Shown here: piece by piece, positions 10,295 to 20,825 of the stretch
Layout of the letters: every line of letters starts with the position of its first letter
Numbering within the stretch: position 1 is the first letter of the stretch
NCBI GenBank assembly: GCA_963803145.1
Contig: CAWDLW010000008.1
Coordinates: 32,001-96,000, forward strand
Direction of reading: 5' to 3'
From: Methanotrichaceae archaeon
GTDB lineage: Archaea > Halobacteriota > Methanosarcinia > Methanotrichales > Methanotrichaceae
DNA length: 64,000 nucleotides
Translations under genes and position numbers: made by a program
The notes under the pieces: generated by a model
The model's database searches: none
The model's input: the letters and a program-made list of their open reading frames with translations, nothing else
Told to the model about the DNA's origin: nothing

Positions 10295-12205
10295 ATGTCA
10301 ACATTGCTAAGTAGATTCGTCTCAAGGGTAGATTTCGAATCATACGATGATTTCGAAAACAATTTCAAGATAATTGTACCGGAGAACTTCAATTTCGCCT
10401 ATGATGTTGTGGATGTATATGCAAAAGAACACCCTGAAAAGATCGCACTCGTATGGTGTAATGATAATAATGAAGAGAAAATCCTCAACTTCAAGGAATT
10501 GAAGCTTCTGAGCGATAAAGCTGCAAATCTATTCAAAAAATACGGAATAAAGAAGGGCGACACTGTAATGCTCACCCTGAAGAGCCGATGGGAGTTCTGG
10601 GTATGCATGGTCGGCCTGAACAAAATTGGAGCAATATCAATTCCTTCCACCCACATGCTGAAACAGAAGGATTTTGTCTATCGCATCAAGAAGGCAGACT
10701 TGAAGATGATCGTTTGTATTGCGGGAGACGGGGTGCCGGAGGAGTTTGATGCTGCATATAACCAGCTGGGCAGACCGGCCTTGACCCGCGCCTTAGTTGG
10801 AAGTCCTGATCTGTTGAGAGATGGCTGGATTAACTTCAATGCCGAGCTTGAAGAGATGTCCTCCGATTTCCCGAGGCCTACAGGCGAAGAGGCCACTAAG
10901 AACAGCGATATAATTCTCGCCTACTTCACATCAGGCACGACTGGCTATCCCAAGATGGTAAGGCATGATCAGACCTATCCTCTGGGACATATCCTCACCG
11001 CAAAATACTGGCAGAACGTAGGCGATGACGGCCTGCATTACACCGTAGCAGATACCGGCTGGGCAAAATGCGCCTGGGGAAAGATCTATGGACAATGGAT
11101 CGCAGGATCGGCAGTCTTCACATATGATTACGACAGGTTCGATGCCGGAAGGATGATGGATATGATGGCCAAATACGGGGTCACAACCTTCTGTGCGCCG
11201 CCGACGATCTTTAGATTCATGATCAAAAGCGATATGTCAAAGTATGATTTCTCTACCCTAAAGTATGCTGTGACTGCAGGAGAACCTCTGAATCCGACGG
11301 TCTATGAAAAGTTCCTTGAGACTACGGGCTTAAAGCTGATGGAGGGTTTCGGCCAGACAGAGACCGTCGTCTTCATAGCAAATTATCCCTGGGTCAATCC
11401 CAGGCCTGGATCGATGGGCAGGTCCGCTCCCGGATTCGATATAGTCTTAGTTGGCAAGAACGATAAAGTCTGTGAGGTGGGCGAAGAGGGCGAGATAGTC
11501 ATTAAAACCGACAAAGGAAAGCCCGTCGGCGTATTCACAGATTACCATTTAGATCCCGATAAGACAAAGAATACCTGGCATGATGATTACTATCATACCG
11601 GCGATACAGCATGGAAGGACGAGGATGGTTATTTCTGGTTTGTCGGCCGGACAGACGATATGATAAAGACCTCAGGCTATCGTGTAGGGCCCTTTGAGGT
11701 TGAGAGCGCTCTAATGTCGCATCCCGCTGTTTTGGAGGTAGCCATAACTGGGGTTCCAGATTCTGTAAGGGGGCAGGTAGTCAAGGCAACTGTAGTCCTT
11801 ACCAAGGGCTATACACCCTCAGAGGAGCTGAAGAAGGAGCTTCAGAATCACGTTAAAAGTGTGACTGCCCCATACAAATATCCACGAATTATTGAATTCG
11901 TTGAAGAGCTGCCGAAGACAATCAGCGGAAAAATAAGACGTGTTGAGATCAGAGAGAAAGATAAGCCCTATCCTTTGATCAACGTGAAAGAGTGCAAAGC
12001 ATGCGAGAGATGTATCGTAGATTGTCCTGCGAACGTTCTGAAGCTTAGCAATGAGTTAAACGAGAGGGGCTACCGCTATGCTGTCTACTCCGGGGATGGC
12101 TGCATAGGCTGCGGCGCTTGCTTCTATACATGTCCTGAGCCGCTAGCTATACAGGTCCATATCCCACAGAAGGAGAGAGTCGAAGCTCTGGAGAAGGCGA
12201 GTTGA
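10295..12205 (+). CDS. AMP-forming acyl-CoA synthetase fused to a C-terminal 2x[4Fe-4S] ferredoxin (VorC-like)
   Basis: [24 protein letters not shown] and PKTISGKI motifs, then in frame [12 protein letters not shown] and [12 protein letters not shown]. Confidence 0.9.
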   Translation: MSTLLSRFVSRVDFESYDDFENNFKIIVPENFNFAYDVVDVYAKEHPEKIALVWCNDNNEEKILNFKELKLLSDKAANLFKKYGIKKGDTVMLTLKSRWEFWVCMVGLNKIGAISIPSTHMLKQKDFVYRIKKADLKMIVCIAGDGVPEEFDAAYNQLGRPALTRALVGSPDLLRDGWINFNAELEEMSSDFPRPTGEEATKNSDIILAYFTSGTTGYPKMVRHDQTYPLGHILTAKYWQNVGDDGLHYTVADTGWAKCAWGKIYGQWIAGSAVFTYDYDRFDAGRMMDMMAKYGVTTFCAPPTIFRFMIKSDMSKYDFSTLKYAVTAGEPLNPTVYEKFLETTGLKLMEGFGQTETVVFIANYPWVNPRPGSMGRSAPGFDIVLVGKNDKVCEVGEEGEIVIKTDKGKPVGVFTDYHLDPDKTKNTWHDDYYHTGDTAWKDEDGYFWFVGRTDDMIKTSGYRVGPFEVESALMSHPAVLEVAITGVPDSVRGQVVKATVVLTKGYTPSEELKKELQNHVKSVTAPYKYPRIIEFVEELPKTISGKIRRVEIREKDKPYPLINVKECKACERCIVDCPANVLKLSNELNERGYRYAVYSGDGCIGCGACFYTCPEPLAIQVHIPQKERVEALEKAS

Positions 12206-12206
12206 A

Positions 12207-13250
12207 ATGGCTTCCAAGTTAGTTGCAGGAAACAGCGCAGTAATAATCGGAGCAATGTATGCTGGCTGTGATTGCTTCTTCGGCTATCCAATAACCCCGG
12301 CGAGCGAGATATTGCAGGATGCATCCCGCTACTTTCCGCTGGCAGGCAGGAAGTTTGTGCAAGCGGAATCTGAAGAGGCAGCGATAAATATGGTCTATGG
12401 CGCAGCTGGCACAGGCCACAGAGTCCTGGCCGCTTCGTCTGGGCCCGGCATGAGCCTGAAACAGGAAGGCATAACTTACATAGCGGGAGCTGAGCTGCCC
12501 TGTGTTATCGTAGATATTTGCCGTGCTGGTCCAGGTCTCGGAAATATTGGGCCGGAGCAATCGGACTACAATCAGGCATGTAAAGGTGGAGGACATGGCT
12601 GTTATAATAATATCGTTCTAGCTCCGAACAGCGTTCAAGAGATGTGCGACATCACAATGAAAGCGTTTGATCTGGCCTTTAAGTATCGCAATCCGACCGT
12701 AGTCCTTGCAGATGGCGTCTTAGGCCATATGGTCGAGCCCCTCAGGTTCCCGGAGATTGCTGTAGAGCCGACCATTGATACCTCCTGGGCTGTGAGCGGT
12801 AACGCCAGTACCCGCAAGAACCTCATTACATCTATTGCGTTGGACTTCGATGAGCTGGAGGCGCATAACCTCAAGCTCCAAAAAAAGTATGAGGAGATAA
12901 AAAAGAATGAGGTTGCCTATGAGGGCTATAGATTGGACGATGCAGAAGTAGTGCTCGTGTCCTATGGAATCAGCAGCCGCATCGCTCGATCTGCAGTGGA
13001 TGCTGCAAGACGCGAAGGCATCAAGGCTGGCCTCTTCCGGCCAATTACGCTTTTCCCATTCCCGGAGAATGAGATTGAAGCTCTCGCGAATAAAGGCTGC
13101 AAATTCATATCTGTAGAGATGAGCAACGGAATGATGCGGGATGATATCCGATTAGCTGCAGCCTGTGCCCCAGTAGAATTAATAAACCGCTACGGAGGGC
13201 GTCTCGTTCAGATTGACAAGCTTATGGATAAGATAAGGGAGGTGGCCTGA
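12207..13250 (+). CDS. vorB: 2-oxoacid (ketoisovalerate):ferredoxin oxidoreductase, alpha-type subunit
   Basis: [36 protein letters not shown] and VEMS motifs. Confidence 0.88.
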   Translation: MASKLVAGNSAVIIGAMYAGCDCFFGYPITPASEILQDASRYFPLAGRKFVQAESEEAAINMVYGAAGTGHRVLAASSGPGMSLKQEGITYIAGAELPCVIVDICRAGPGLGNIGPEQSDYNQACKGGGHGCYNNIVLAPNSVQEMCDITMKAFDLAFKYRNPTVVLADGVLGHMVEPLRFPEIAVEPTIDTSWAVSGNASTRKNLITSIALDFDELEAHNLKLQKKYEEIKKNEVAYEGYRLDDAEVVLVSYGISSRIARSAVDAARREGIKAGLFRPITLFPFPENEIEALANKGCKFISVEMSNGMMRDDIRLAAACAPVELINRYGGRLVQIDKLMDKIREVA

Positions 13251-14696
13251 ATGGCGGCCAAAGAAAAGCTTATCGGAGGACCTCGCGGAATTTATGAGGA
13301 GTTTTCCAGGAAAGGTGGGGCAGCGCCCACTGCTACTCATTACTGTCCTGGATGTGGACATGGTGTACTGCATAAGCTTATCGGCGAAGCCATGACTGAT
13401 CTGGGCATACAGGATCGCTGTATAGTCTTAAGCCCAGTGGGCTGTGCGGTGTTCGCATACTATTACTTGGATTGCGGTCATATGCAGTGCGCCCACGGCA
13501 GAGCTCCGGCAATAGCCACAGGCATATCCAGGGCAGAGGATAATGCAATAGTCATGTCCTATCAGGGAGACGGCGATTTGGCATCGATTGGACTTAACGA
13601 AACGATACAAGCTGCCAACAGGGGAGAGAAGCTGGCTGTCTTCTTCATAAATAACACCGTCTACGGTATGACTGGCGGCCAGATGGCGCCTACAACTCTG
13701 ATAGGCGAGGTGACAGCCACAACGCCTGTTGGGCGTAATCCCCAGGACATGGGCTATCCTATCCATATCTGTGAGATTCTAGATACGTTAAAAGCGCCTG
13801 TTTTCATTGAGCGAGTGTCGCTTTCAGACATTGAGCACGTTCGGAAGGCCAGGCGCGCAGTCAGAAAGGCATTAGAAATCCAGAAGGATAAAAGGGGCTA
13901 CGCGTTTGTGGAGTTCCTCTCGCCATGTCCGACTATTCTGAGGATGGATGTTAGAGGTGTCCGGAAGTTCATCAATGAGCAGATGGAAAAGGAGTTCCCG
14001 CTCAAGAAATTTAGAGATAGATCGTCAGAGGCCCAACCAATCGTGAGACAGCAGAGCGATTTCTCTAAGGAATCCCTGGACAAGGTCTTTGGATCTAAAG
14101 AGCATTTATCTGTGGACTTTGCGAACGACCCGGACTTTGAGCTGAAGGGTGTGAAGATTGCCGGCTTCGGCGGTCAGGGAGTGCTCAGCATGGGCCTGGC
14201 TCTAGCGCAGGCAGCTTTTGGGACAGGCAGATATGTCTCATGGTACCCCGACTACGGCCCTGAGCAGCGAGGTGGCACGTCTAACTGCTCTGTCACCATT
14301 TCAGGCCAGCCAATCGGCTCTCCCGTGATTGATCATCCAGACGTGCTTGTGGCATTCAATCGGCCTTCGCTGGATAAGTTTGCCTCAACTGTTAAGAAGG
14401 GTGGTCTGATCCTTTACGATTCATTAGCAGGTGAGTTCAGGCCGCCAGAAGGAATTAGAGCCATATCGGTCCCTGCAACTCAGATTGCGACAGAGAAGGG
14501 AATTCAGCAGGCAGCAAATACTGCCATGTTTGGCGCTCTGATGCAGGCAGGAAATCTGGGGCTGCCGCGTGAGGCATACGGCAACGCCTTTAAGGTGACC
14601 TTTGCTAAGAAGCCCGAGCTTATATCTCTGAACTTGGAGATAATGGAGGCAGGTGCCCAGGCAGTGAAGGTGCTGGAAATGGTTGCCCGCAGATGA
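13251..14696 (+). CDS. vorA: 2-oxoacid:ferredoxin oxidoreductase, fused beta(TPP)+gamma subunit
   Basis: [12 protein letters not shown]...NN..YGMTGGQ and SPCP (beta); [15 protein letters not shown] and ANTAM (gamma). Confidence 0.88.
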   Translation: MAAKEKLIGGPRGIYEEFSRKGGAAPTATHYCPGCGHGVLHKLIGEAMTDLGIQDRCIVLSPVGCAVFAYYYLDCGHMQCAHGRAPAIATGISRAEDNAIVMSYQGDGDLASIGLNETIQAANRGEKLAVFFINNTVYGMTGGQMAPTTLIGEVTATTPVGRNPQDMGYPIHICEILDTLKAPVFIERVSLSDIEHVRKARRAVRKALEIQKDKRGYAFVEFLSPCPTILRMDVRGVRKFINEQMEKEFPLKKFRDRSSEAQPIVRQQSDFSKESLDKVFGSKEHLSVDFANDPDFELKGVKIAGFGGQGVLSMGLALAQAAFGTGRYVSWYPDYGPEQRGGTSNCSVTISGQPIGSPVIDHPDVLVAFNRPSLDKFASTVKKGGLILYDSLAGEFRPPEGIRAISVPATQIATEKGIQQAANTAMFGALMQAGNLGLPREAYGNAFKVTFAKKPELISLNLEIMEAGAQAVKVLEMVARR

Positions 14697-14697
14697 G

Positions 14698-14735
14698 AAA
14701 GTATATCTACTCCTGAAAGGGAGTGAATATACTTT
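14698..14735 (+). terminator. Hairpin plus T-rich tail after vorA
   Basis: AAAGTATAT-CT-ACTCCT-GAAA-GGGAGT-GA-ATATACTTT immediately after the stop codon. Confidence 0.6.
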
Positions 14736-15068
14736 TAATAATTTTAATTTAATGCTAAGAGTACTTTATCGTAATACTCCGATGCTATGCAGTGAGGATA
14801 AAATGCTCATAGTGCAATTTGAGGTTTGATAAGTTAGCTTGTTTGCATCATTACTATCTTAATACTATTAAATTAATAGTTGCTAGAGTTATCTATTGCT
14901 ATACTTACCTCCCTTGAATGAACCATTAATTAGCATTCTATTCAAATCTTTCTTGTGATATTTTCACCAATGTATTAGACATATCTCTTGTTTTTTAGTA
15001 ATACAGTAAAATATTTAACCTAGAACTTTAAACTTATAACTAAAGAATTATCTGAAAGGAGTAGTACT

Positions 15069-18000
15069 ATGTCAATGAAAGAGGCTTTGAAGGGGGGAGC
15101 TATTACGGTCTTGGTATTGCTGGCCTTGGTTGGGGTCACTTTGGCTCAGCAAGACCTATCCGTGACAAGCATCGCCTCTAAAGATAATGTAAAACCTGGT
15201 GAACAGATAATATATAATATTGGTGTGACGAACAATGGGGTTGGACCAGTTTATGATGTTACTGTGACAGATAAGCTTCCGCCAGAGGCAACCTATGTAT
15301 CAACTACCGCTGAAAAAGTTATAACGACACCTCAAGGCGGAGCACTTCCTACTAATACGCTGGAAGCGATCTTCGATGTAATTCCCGCCGGTCAGACAAA
15401 ATCATTTAATATCACAATTACTGCACCGACGGCAGAAGAGCCTGTGATTCTTTACAATTATGTCCTTGTTAGGGCTAGAAACGTTGATCAGAACATTTTC
15501 AAGGAGACTAAGACTATTGTAATGCCTGACTATAATAAGTTTAGGGCTGTGAGGAGTCTCCAGGATCTGCTTATTAATCAGTCACACCTTCTATTGAGCT
15601 TCGAGGATTTACTGCATATGGTATCTCAGAACAATACTGAACATGTATCGTTCCTTCAGAGCTTCGAGCAATTGCTGAAGACTCAGACCGTTTTGATATC
15701 TGGCTTCCAGAACCTGCTCTATTCACCTGATCAGAGCGGATGGACTAACGCATTCACGAATGAGCAGAAGATCGAATTCCTCATGTGCTATGAGGAGATG
15801 CTCAAGAAAGAAGCCTTCCTCTTCTCCAGCTTCGAGGATATCTTAAAGAAGAACTGGTGCAGTGCGGGCGATATAAACACTAAGAAGGAGTTTCTTGCCA
15901 GCTTTGAAGATCTGCTTCATAAACAAGTGACACTTTACAGCAGCTTTGAGACACTACTGCAGAGGCTAGGATTGAACGATAGCAGTGTGTATACATACGG
16001 CGGTGTTACAAAGACGGGAACCGCATGGAAGGTGCAGTTCCTTGGCAGCTTCGAGGCGCTTCTCAGGCTTCAGTCTGATCTGCTGCTGAGCTTCCAGGAA
16101 CTAATGAATGCCCCCCCATGTGACCCGGGAATTACGATAAATAAGACAGCAATTTGGAGCAAGTGTGATGATTGCAACCAATGGGTAATCTATACAATCA
16201 CAGTCACTAATACGGGCCCCAACAACATTACAGGAGCCAATCTTACCGATTATTACCCGGATGGTGCTCATTTCTCAAAGAAATATAATCCTAACTGGAT
16301 AAATAACGGAGACGGCACTCTGAGTTACAGTATCGGAACTATTGAAGTAAATAGAACCATGGTAGTGAGCCTGAATCTCTTTATGCCTCCTGGTTTGGGT
16401 CTAGGGCCATTTGTGAACAATGTCTGTGTTGATTCAAACGAGCGTGTGAGGGTTTGCAGTTCAGTGAGCATTAGCAGAAATAAGACATGTCCAGGAATTG
16501 TAGTGAACAAGACTGCCATTTGGGGCACGTGCAACAATGGTTTCCAGAATGCAATCTATACAATTAAAGTAGCCAATAAGGGATTATGTAACGCCACCGG
16601 GGTTAGGCTCATCGACACATATCCAGCCGGTGCAGGGTTCTCAGCGGCCGAGAATCCAGACTGGACAGATAATATGAATGGAACACTAACTTACAACCGT
16701 ACAGTTATACCTGTAAATACCAGTATTGCTGTACAATTAGTTCTCAACTTCTCCAATAGTATGGGACTTGGGCCATTCAATAACACAGTTTGTGCCTATA
16801 CAAATGAGTTTCCGAGAGTCTGCAGCTCAGTGAATATTAGAAGAGACAATGTATGTCCAGTTCCGGGAATTCAAGTGACCAAGACAGGTCAGTGGGGCGA
16901 TTGCAAGAATGGAGTCCAGAATGCGACCTATACAATCAAAGTCATCAACACGGGCAACACTACTATAACAGGAGTTAAGCTCCTCGATACATATCCAGCA
17001 GGTGCTACGTTCGACTCTGTACAGAACCCCCTCTGGACGAAGAATGTGAATGGCACATTGACTTACAGCCATGGAGATATAATAGCTCCAAGCAATACTC
17101 TTACTGTACCATTGATTCTCGGCTTCTCCAATAGTATGGGACTCGGGCCATTTGTGAACAAGGTCTGTGCCTATACGAACGAGATCCCTGGAGTTTGCGC
17201 CTTTGGAAACATCAGCAGAGATCAGTTATGCCCAGTTTCGAAGATTGAAGTTACCAAGACAGGTCAGTGGGGCAATTGTAAGAATGGAATCCAGAATGCG
17301 ACCTATACAATCAAAGTCATCAACACGGGCACCACTACCATAACAGGAGTTAAGCTCCTCGATACATATCCAGCAGGTGCTACGTTCGACTCTGTACAGA
17401 ACCCCCTCTGGACGAAGAATGTGAATGGCACATTGACTTACAGCCATGGAGATATAATAGCTCCAAGCAATACTCTTACTGTACCATTGATTCTCGGCTT
17501 CTCCAATAGTATGGGTCTCGGGCCATTTGTGAACAGGGTTTGTGCCTATACGAACGAGATTCCGGGAGTTTGCACCTTTGGAAACATCAGCAGAGATCAG
17601 TTATGCCCAATAATTGAAGTAACAAAGACAGCTGTTTGGAGCGATTGTAAGAATGGAGTCCAGAATGCGACCTATACAATCAAAGTCAGTAATATGGGCT
17701 CTACAACTGTAACAGGAGTTAAGCTCCTCGATACATATCCAGTTGGTGCTATGTTCGATTCTGTACAGAACCCCCTCTGGACGAAGAATGTAAATGACAC
17801 ACTGACTTACAGCCATGGAGATATAATAGCTCCAAGCAACACTCTGACTGTATCACTGATTCTCGGCTTCTCTAATAGTATGGGTCTCGGGCCATTTGTG
17901 AACAGGGTTTGTGCCTATACAAACGAGGTTCCGGGAGTTTGCGCCTTTGGAAACATCAGCAGAGATCAGTTATGCCCAGTTTCGAAGATTGGAGTTACCA

Positions 18001-18743
18001 AGACGGGTCAGTGGGGCGATTGTAAGAATGGAATCCAGAACGCGACCTATACAATCAAAGTCAGTAATACGGGCACCACTACCATAACAGGAGTTAAGCT
18101 CCTCGATACATATCCAGTTGGTGCTACATTCGATTCTGTACAGAACCCCCTCTGGACGAAGAATATAAATGGTACACTGACTTACAGCCATGGAGATATA
18201 ATAGCTCCAAGCAATACTCTTACTGTACCATTGATTCTCGGCTTCTCCAATAGTATGGGACTAGGGCCATTTGTGAACAGGGTTTGTGCCTATACGAACG
18301 AGGTTCCGGGAGTTTGCACCTTTGGAAACATCAGCAGAGATCAGTTATGCCCAGTCTCAGGAATTCAAGTGATTAAGACAGGTCAGTGGGTCCTATGTGA
18401 TAATTATACAGGGTATTGGATCACCGTCAGTAATCATGGCGATAAAGATGCAACCGGGGTAAAGCTCACAGATTATCCTCCAGCTGTTGCGGAGTTCGAT
18501 GGAGTTCAGAACCCTGGCTGGACAAAAAATAACACAGACGGCACGCTAACCTACAATCTATCAGACTTGCGTTCAAAAACGGATAGCTTCCCAGTGCCTT
18601 TGACACTCTTTATAAGCAAGATCTACGGACCTGGGCCTTTTATGAACAAAGTTTGTGTTGATACACATGAGTATGCTAGGAATTGCACTACATATAATCT
18701 CAGCAGGGTTGTTAGTTCCACAGGTGAATGCATAGATGGCTAA
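15069..18743 (+). CDS. Large secreted/surface protein: DUF11-like Ig domains plus a helical SFEDLL-repeat domain
   Basis: Signal peptide; repeated K-T...Y-T-I-x-V-x-N-x-G...L-x-D-x-Y-P...F-x-N-x-V-C modules (about 8); five xSFExLLxxQxxLxxSFExLL helices. Confidence 0.85.
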   Translation: MSMKEALKGGAITVLVLLALVGVTLAQQDLSVTSIASKDNVKPGEQIIYNIGVTNNGVGPVYDVTVTDKLPPEATYVSTTAEKVITTPQGGALPTNTLEAIFDVIPAGQTKSFNITITAPTAEEPVILYNYVLVRARNVDQNIFKETKTIVMPDYNKFRAVRSLQDLLINQSHLLLSFEDLLHMVSQNNTEHVSFLQSFEQLLKTQTVLISGFQNLLYSPDQSGWTNAFTNEQKIEFLMCYEEMLKKEAFLFSSFEDILKKNWCSAGDINTKKEFLASFEDLLHKQVTLYSSFETLLQRLGLNDSSVYTYGGVTKTGTAWKVQFLGSFEALLRLQSDLLLSFQELMNAPPCDPGITINKTAIWSKCDDCNQWVIYTITVTNTGPNNITGANLTDYYPDGAHFSKKYNPNWINNGDGTLSYSIGTIEVNRTMVVSLNLFMPPGLGLGPFVNNVCVDSNERVRVCSSVSISRNKTCPGIVVNKTAIWGTCNNGFQNAIYTIKVANKGLCNATGVRLIDTYPAGAGFSAAENPDWTDNMNGTLTYNRTVIPVNTSIAVQLVLNFSNSMGLGPFNNTVCAYTNEFPRVCSSVNIRRDNVCPVPGIQVTKTGQWGDCKNGVQNATYTIKVINTGNTTITGVKLLDTYPAGATFDSVQNPLWTKNVNGTLTYSHGDIIAPSNTLTVPLILGFSNSMGLGPFVNKVCAYTNEIPGVCAFGNISRDQLCPVSKIEVTKTGQWGNCKNGIQNATYTIKVINTGTTTITGVKLLDTYPAGATFDSVQNPLWTKNVNGTLTYSHGDIIAPSNTLTVPLILGFSNSMGLGPFVNRVCAYTNEIPGVCTFGNISRDQLCPIIEVTKTAVWSDCKNGVQNATYTIKVSNMGSTTVTGVKLLDTYPVGAMFDSVQNPLWTKNVNDTLTYSHGDIIAPSNTLTVSLILGFSNSMGLGPFVNRVCAYTNEVPGVCAFGNISRDQLCPVSKIGVTKTGQWGDCKNGIQNATYTIKVSNTGTTTITGVKLLDTYPVGATFDSVQNPLWTKNINGTLTYSHGDIIAPSNTLTVPLILGFSNSMGLGPFVNRVCAYTNEVPGVCTFGNISRDQLCPVSGIQVIKTGQWVLCDNYTGYWITVSNHGDKDATGVKLTDYPPAVAEFDGVQNPGWTKNNTDGTLTYNLSDLRSKTDSFPVPLTLFISKIYGPGPFMNKVCVDTHEYARNCTTYNLSRVVSSTGECIDG
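16866..18390 (+). repeat. Intragenic tandem repeat, four near-identical 369-375 bp units
   Basis: CTGTACAGAACCCCCTCTGGACGAAGAAT and flanking sequence recur at spacings of 375, 369 and 375 bp. Confidence 0.95.
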
Positions 18744-18774
18744 ATCCATATAGCTATAGACGATAAAAGGTTAG

Positions 18775-18810
18775 GTTATCACTCTTCGGAGTGGTAACTT
18801 ATATTTTATT
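18775..18810 (+). terminator. Stable hairpin with UUCG loop and T-rich tail
   Basis: GTTATCACTC-TTCG-GAGTGGTAAC followed by TTATATTTTATT. Confidence 0.65.
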
Positions 18811-19292
18811 ATTAACTAGTATTCGAGACTGCCAAGACACAAACAAAGCCCGAACGCCAGAGAGATGTTAATATGGTATCCAAAAGAGACAATGGTAAAT
18901 TGATTTCCCTTATCTTAAATTCATTGTTCATAAATGGCATTCTCACTATCTCTCAATCATATTTCGCTCTATTTATCGAAAGGTGTGAACTAGTTCTGAA
19001 ATTGCTCTTTCATTCTTTTGGGAATATACTCGTTAGGAATATACTGGTTGATTTGTCCGTTTTGATTCGTTACAGGTATCTTAGAATCGATGATCGCGAT
19101 ATTATGCCAAATTCTATATCAGATTACAATTTAGATCGCTCCATAACGTATGTATTAGCTATCTTAAATCCTCCTCAAAATGGATTGAATAACTCTTCAA
19201 AATCATATTTATATCAAGTTAAAAGTTTGAGGAATTTGCATGAACAATTATTACGGCCATCGCCTTTAGAAGCAATCATAGAAAGCCATTAT

Positions 19293-20771
19293 ATGCTGTA
19301 TAAAGCATTTTGTGATGTTATAAAATTCACCTTGATATTAGGGATATCAACAGCTGTATTCAGCCAGAATATGATCATTCAAGATGCGAGTGCTGCCTCA
19401 GTCGATTCTTCTTTTATGGACAGTCTTGGGGATCTGCTGAACGATGAGGCAAATCTTTTGTCCAGTTTCGACTACCTCATTCATAATACTACGACAACTA
19501 CTGAGGAGAGGGTAGGATTCATTGATAGCTTCGATGATCTGCTCAGGAGACAGGCTACGCTTTTCAGCGGGTTCGATGATCTTTTAAAGACGCACTGGAA
19601 CAGCATGGATATCGAAGAGCAAGAAAAATTTCTAAATAACTTCAAGGATCTCCTGAAGAGGGAATCAACCCTTTATTACAAATTAGAGAGTTTAAATGAA
19701 GAAAGCTGGCAGGATATATCTTCTGAAAAGCGTGTAGAATTGCTTGCAAGCTTTGGAGATTTACTGAAAAAGCAGGCCGATCTATTGATAGCTTATGAGG
19801 AGCTGTTGAAAAATAAAGTTGGCGGGCTAACAATAGCTAATTCTGTAAATAAGCCAATAATTGATCAAGGAGAGAAGGTAACTTATACTTATGTCATAAA
19901 GAACTGGTATAAAAAGGCTGTAAAGGATGTAGTTATCATTGATGATAAACTTGGGACAGTTGCAGATAAAGTCTCCCTGAACCCTGGAGAATCAAAGTCC
20001 TTTACAAAAAGTGTTAATATTTATGATGATGCCTGTAATACTGCTACCGTTTTAGGAAAAGATCCCGACGGCAATATCACTGCGGATGACAGCGGTTTAG
20101 TTTATGTGCGCGTGAGAGGTGGAGGACTATCTGAACCTGCACAATACGGCCAATATTGCGATTCTCAGAAGATTGTAGGAACCGGCACCGTTGATGTAAA
20201 TACGGCTATAGTTGATAAAGATATAGCTCTGGAATATCGCAACAACATGGCAGGAGATGGCGATATTGAGTATAATTCAGAACATGTCCTATCCGAGAAT
20301 GCCAGCAAGCTTCAGAGACCAGTTAATGGTAAAACTGTGCCCTTAAATTTCTTTGAAGAAAACAAATTATCCTACGCTGGATCCCATCCTTTAGCTGGCC
20401 AAAAGCAGATCAACTCCAGGGAGTTTGATGGAGGAATCGGGGCAAACGTAGAAGAGAATTTCCTAGCGAACCAGATAGACAAAGATCAAACAACCTTCTT
20501 TGCATCGACTGATCCTGCAGGCCATATTTCAAATTATACTCAGGCCAAAAAAATAGATAGGATCACTCCAGTGTATTTAATCGGCACGAATATTTCAAGC
20601 CAATTCAACGGAACCTGGGGAACTGGAACTACTTGGTATAATGTACTGAAGAAGAAAATATTTGATCGCCAGAGTTTCACAGGCAACTTCGAAGCTCAAA
20701 AGCTGATAGAGATTCATGAAAGCCCCAGACCTGAGCCTCAGGCTACGCAATGTGAAGGCATCGACTGCTAA
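19293..20771 (+). CDS. Secreted protein with SFEDLL helical repeats, one DUF11/DUF7507-like domain and a beta-rich C-terminal domain
   Basis: Hydrophobic leader ending ASAA; four helical repeats; GEKVTYTYVIKN...DDKLG...LNPGES module. Start refined from 18873 to ATG 19293 (uncertain). Confidence 0.78.
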   Translation: MLYKAFCDVIKFTLILGISTAVFSQNMIIQDASAASVDSSFMDSLGDLLNDEANLLSSFDYLIHNTTTTTEERVGFIDSFDDLLRRQATLFSGFDDLLKTHWNSMDIEEQEKFLNNFKDLLKRESTLYYKLESLNEESWQDISSEKRVELLASFGDLLKKQADLLIAYEELLKNKVGGLTIANSVNKPIIDQGEKVTYTYVIKNWYKKAVKDVVIIDDKLGTVADKVSLNPGESKSFTKSVNIYDDACNTATVLGKDPDGNITADDSGLVYVRVRGGGLSEPAQYGQYCDSQKIVGTGTVDVNTAIVDKDIALEYRNNMAGDGDIEYNSEHVLSENASKLQRPVNGKTVPLNFFEENKLSYAGSHPLAGQKQINSREFDGGIGANVEENFLANQIDKDQTTFFASTDPAGHISNYTQAKKIDRITPVYLIGTNISSQFNGTWGTGTTWYNVLKKKIFDRQSFTGNFEAQKLIEIHESPRPEPQATQCEGIDC

Positions 20772-20825
20772 ACTAGGCAAATCAGTATGAACTTCGGCTG
20801 ATTATCGATGATTATCGATGATATC

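Noticed and set aside
16827-18191. Four repeated minus-strand ORFs (MAVSQC...)
   Set aside because: Antisense shadows of the intragenic repeats of the large surface protein.
18873-19292. 140-aa N-terminal part of the 632-aa ORF
   Set aside because: AT-rich, promoter-like sequence without protein-like features; the signal peptide lies further downstream, so the start was moved.
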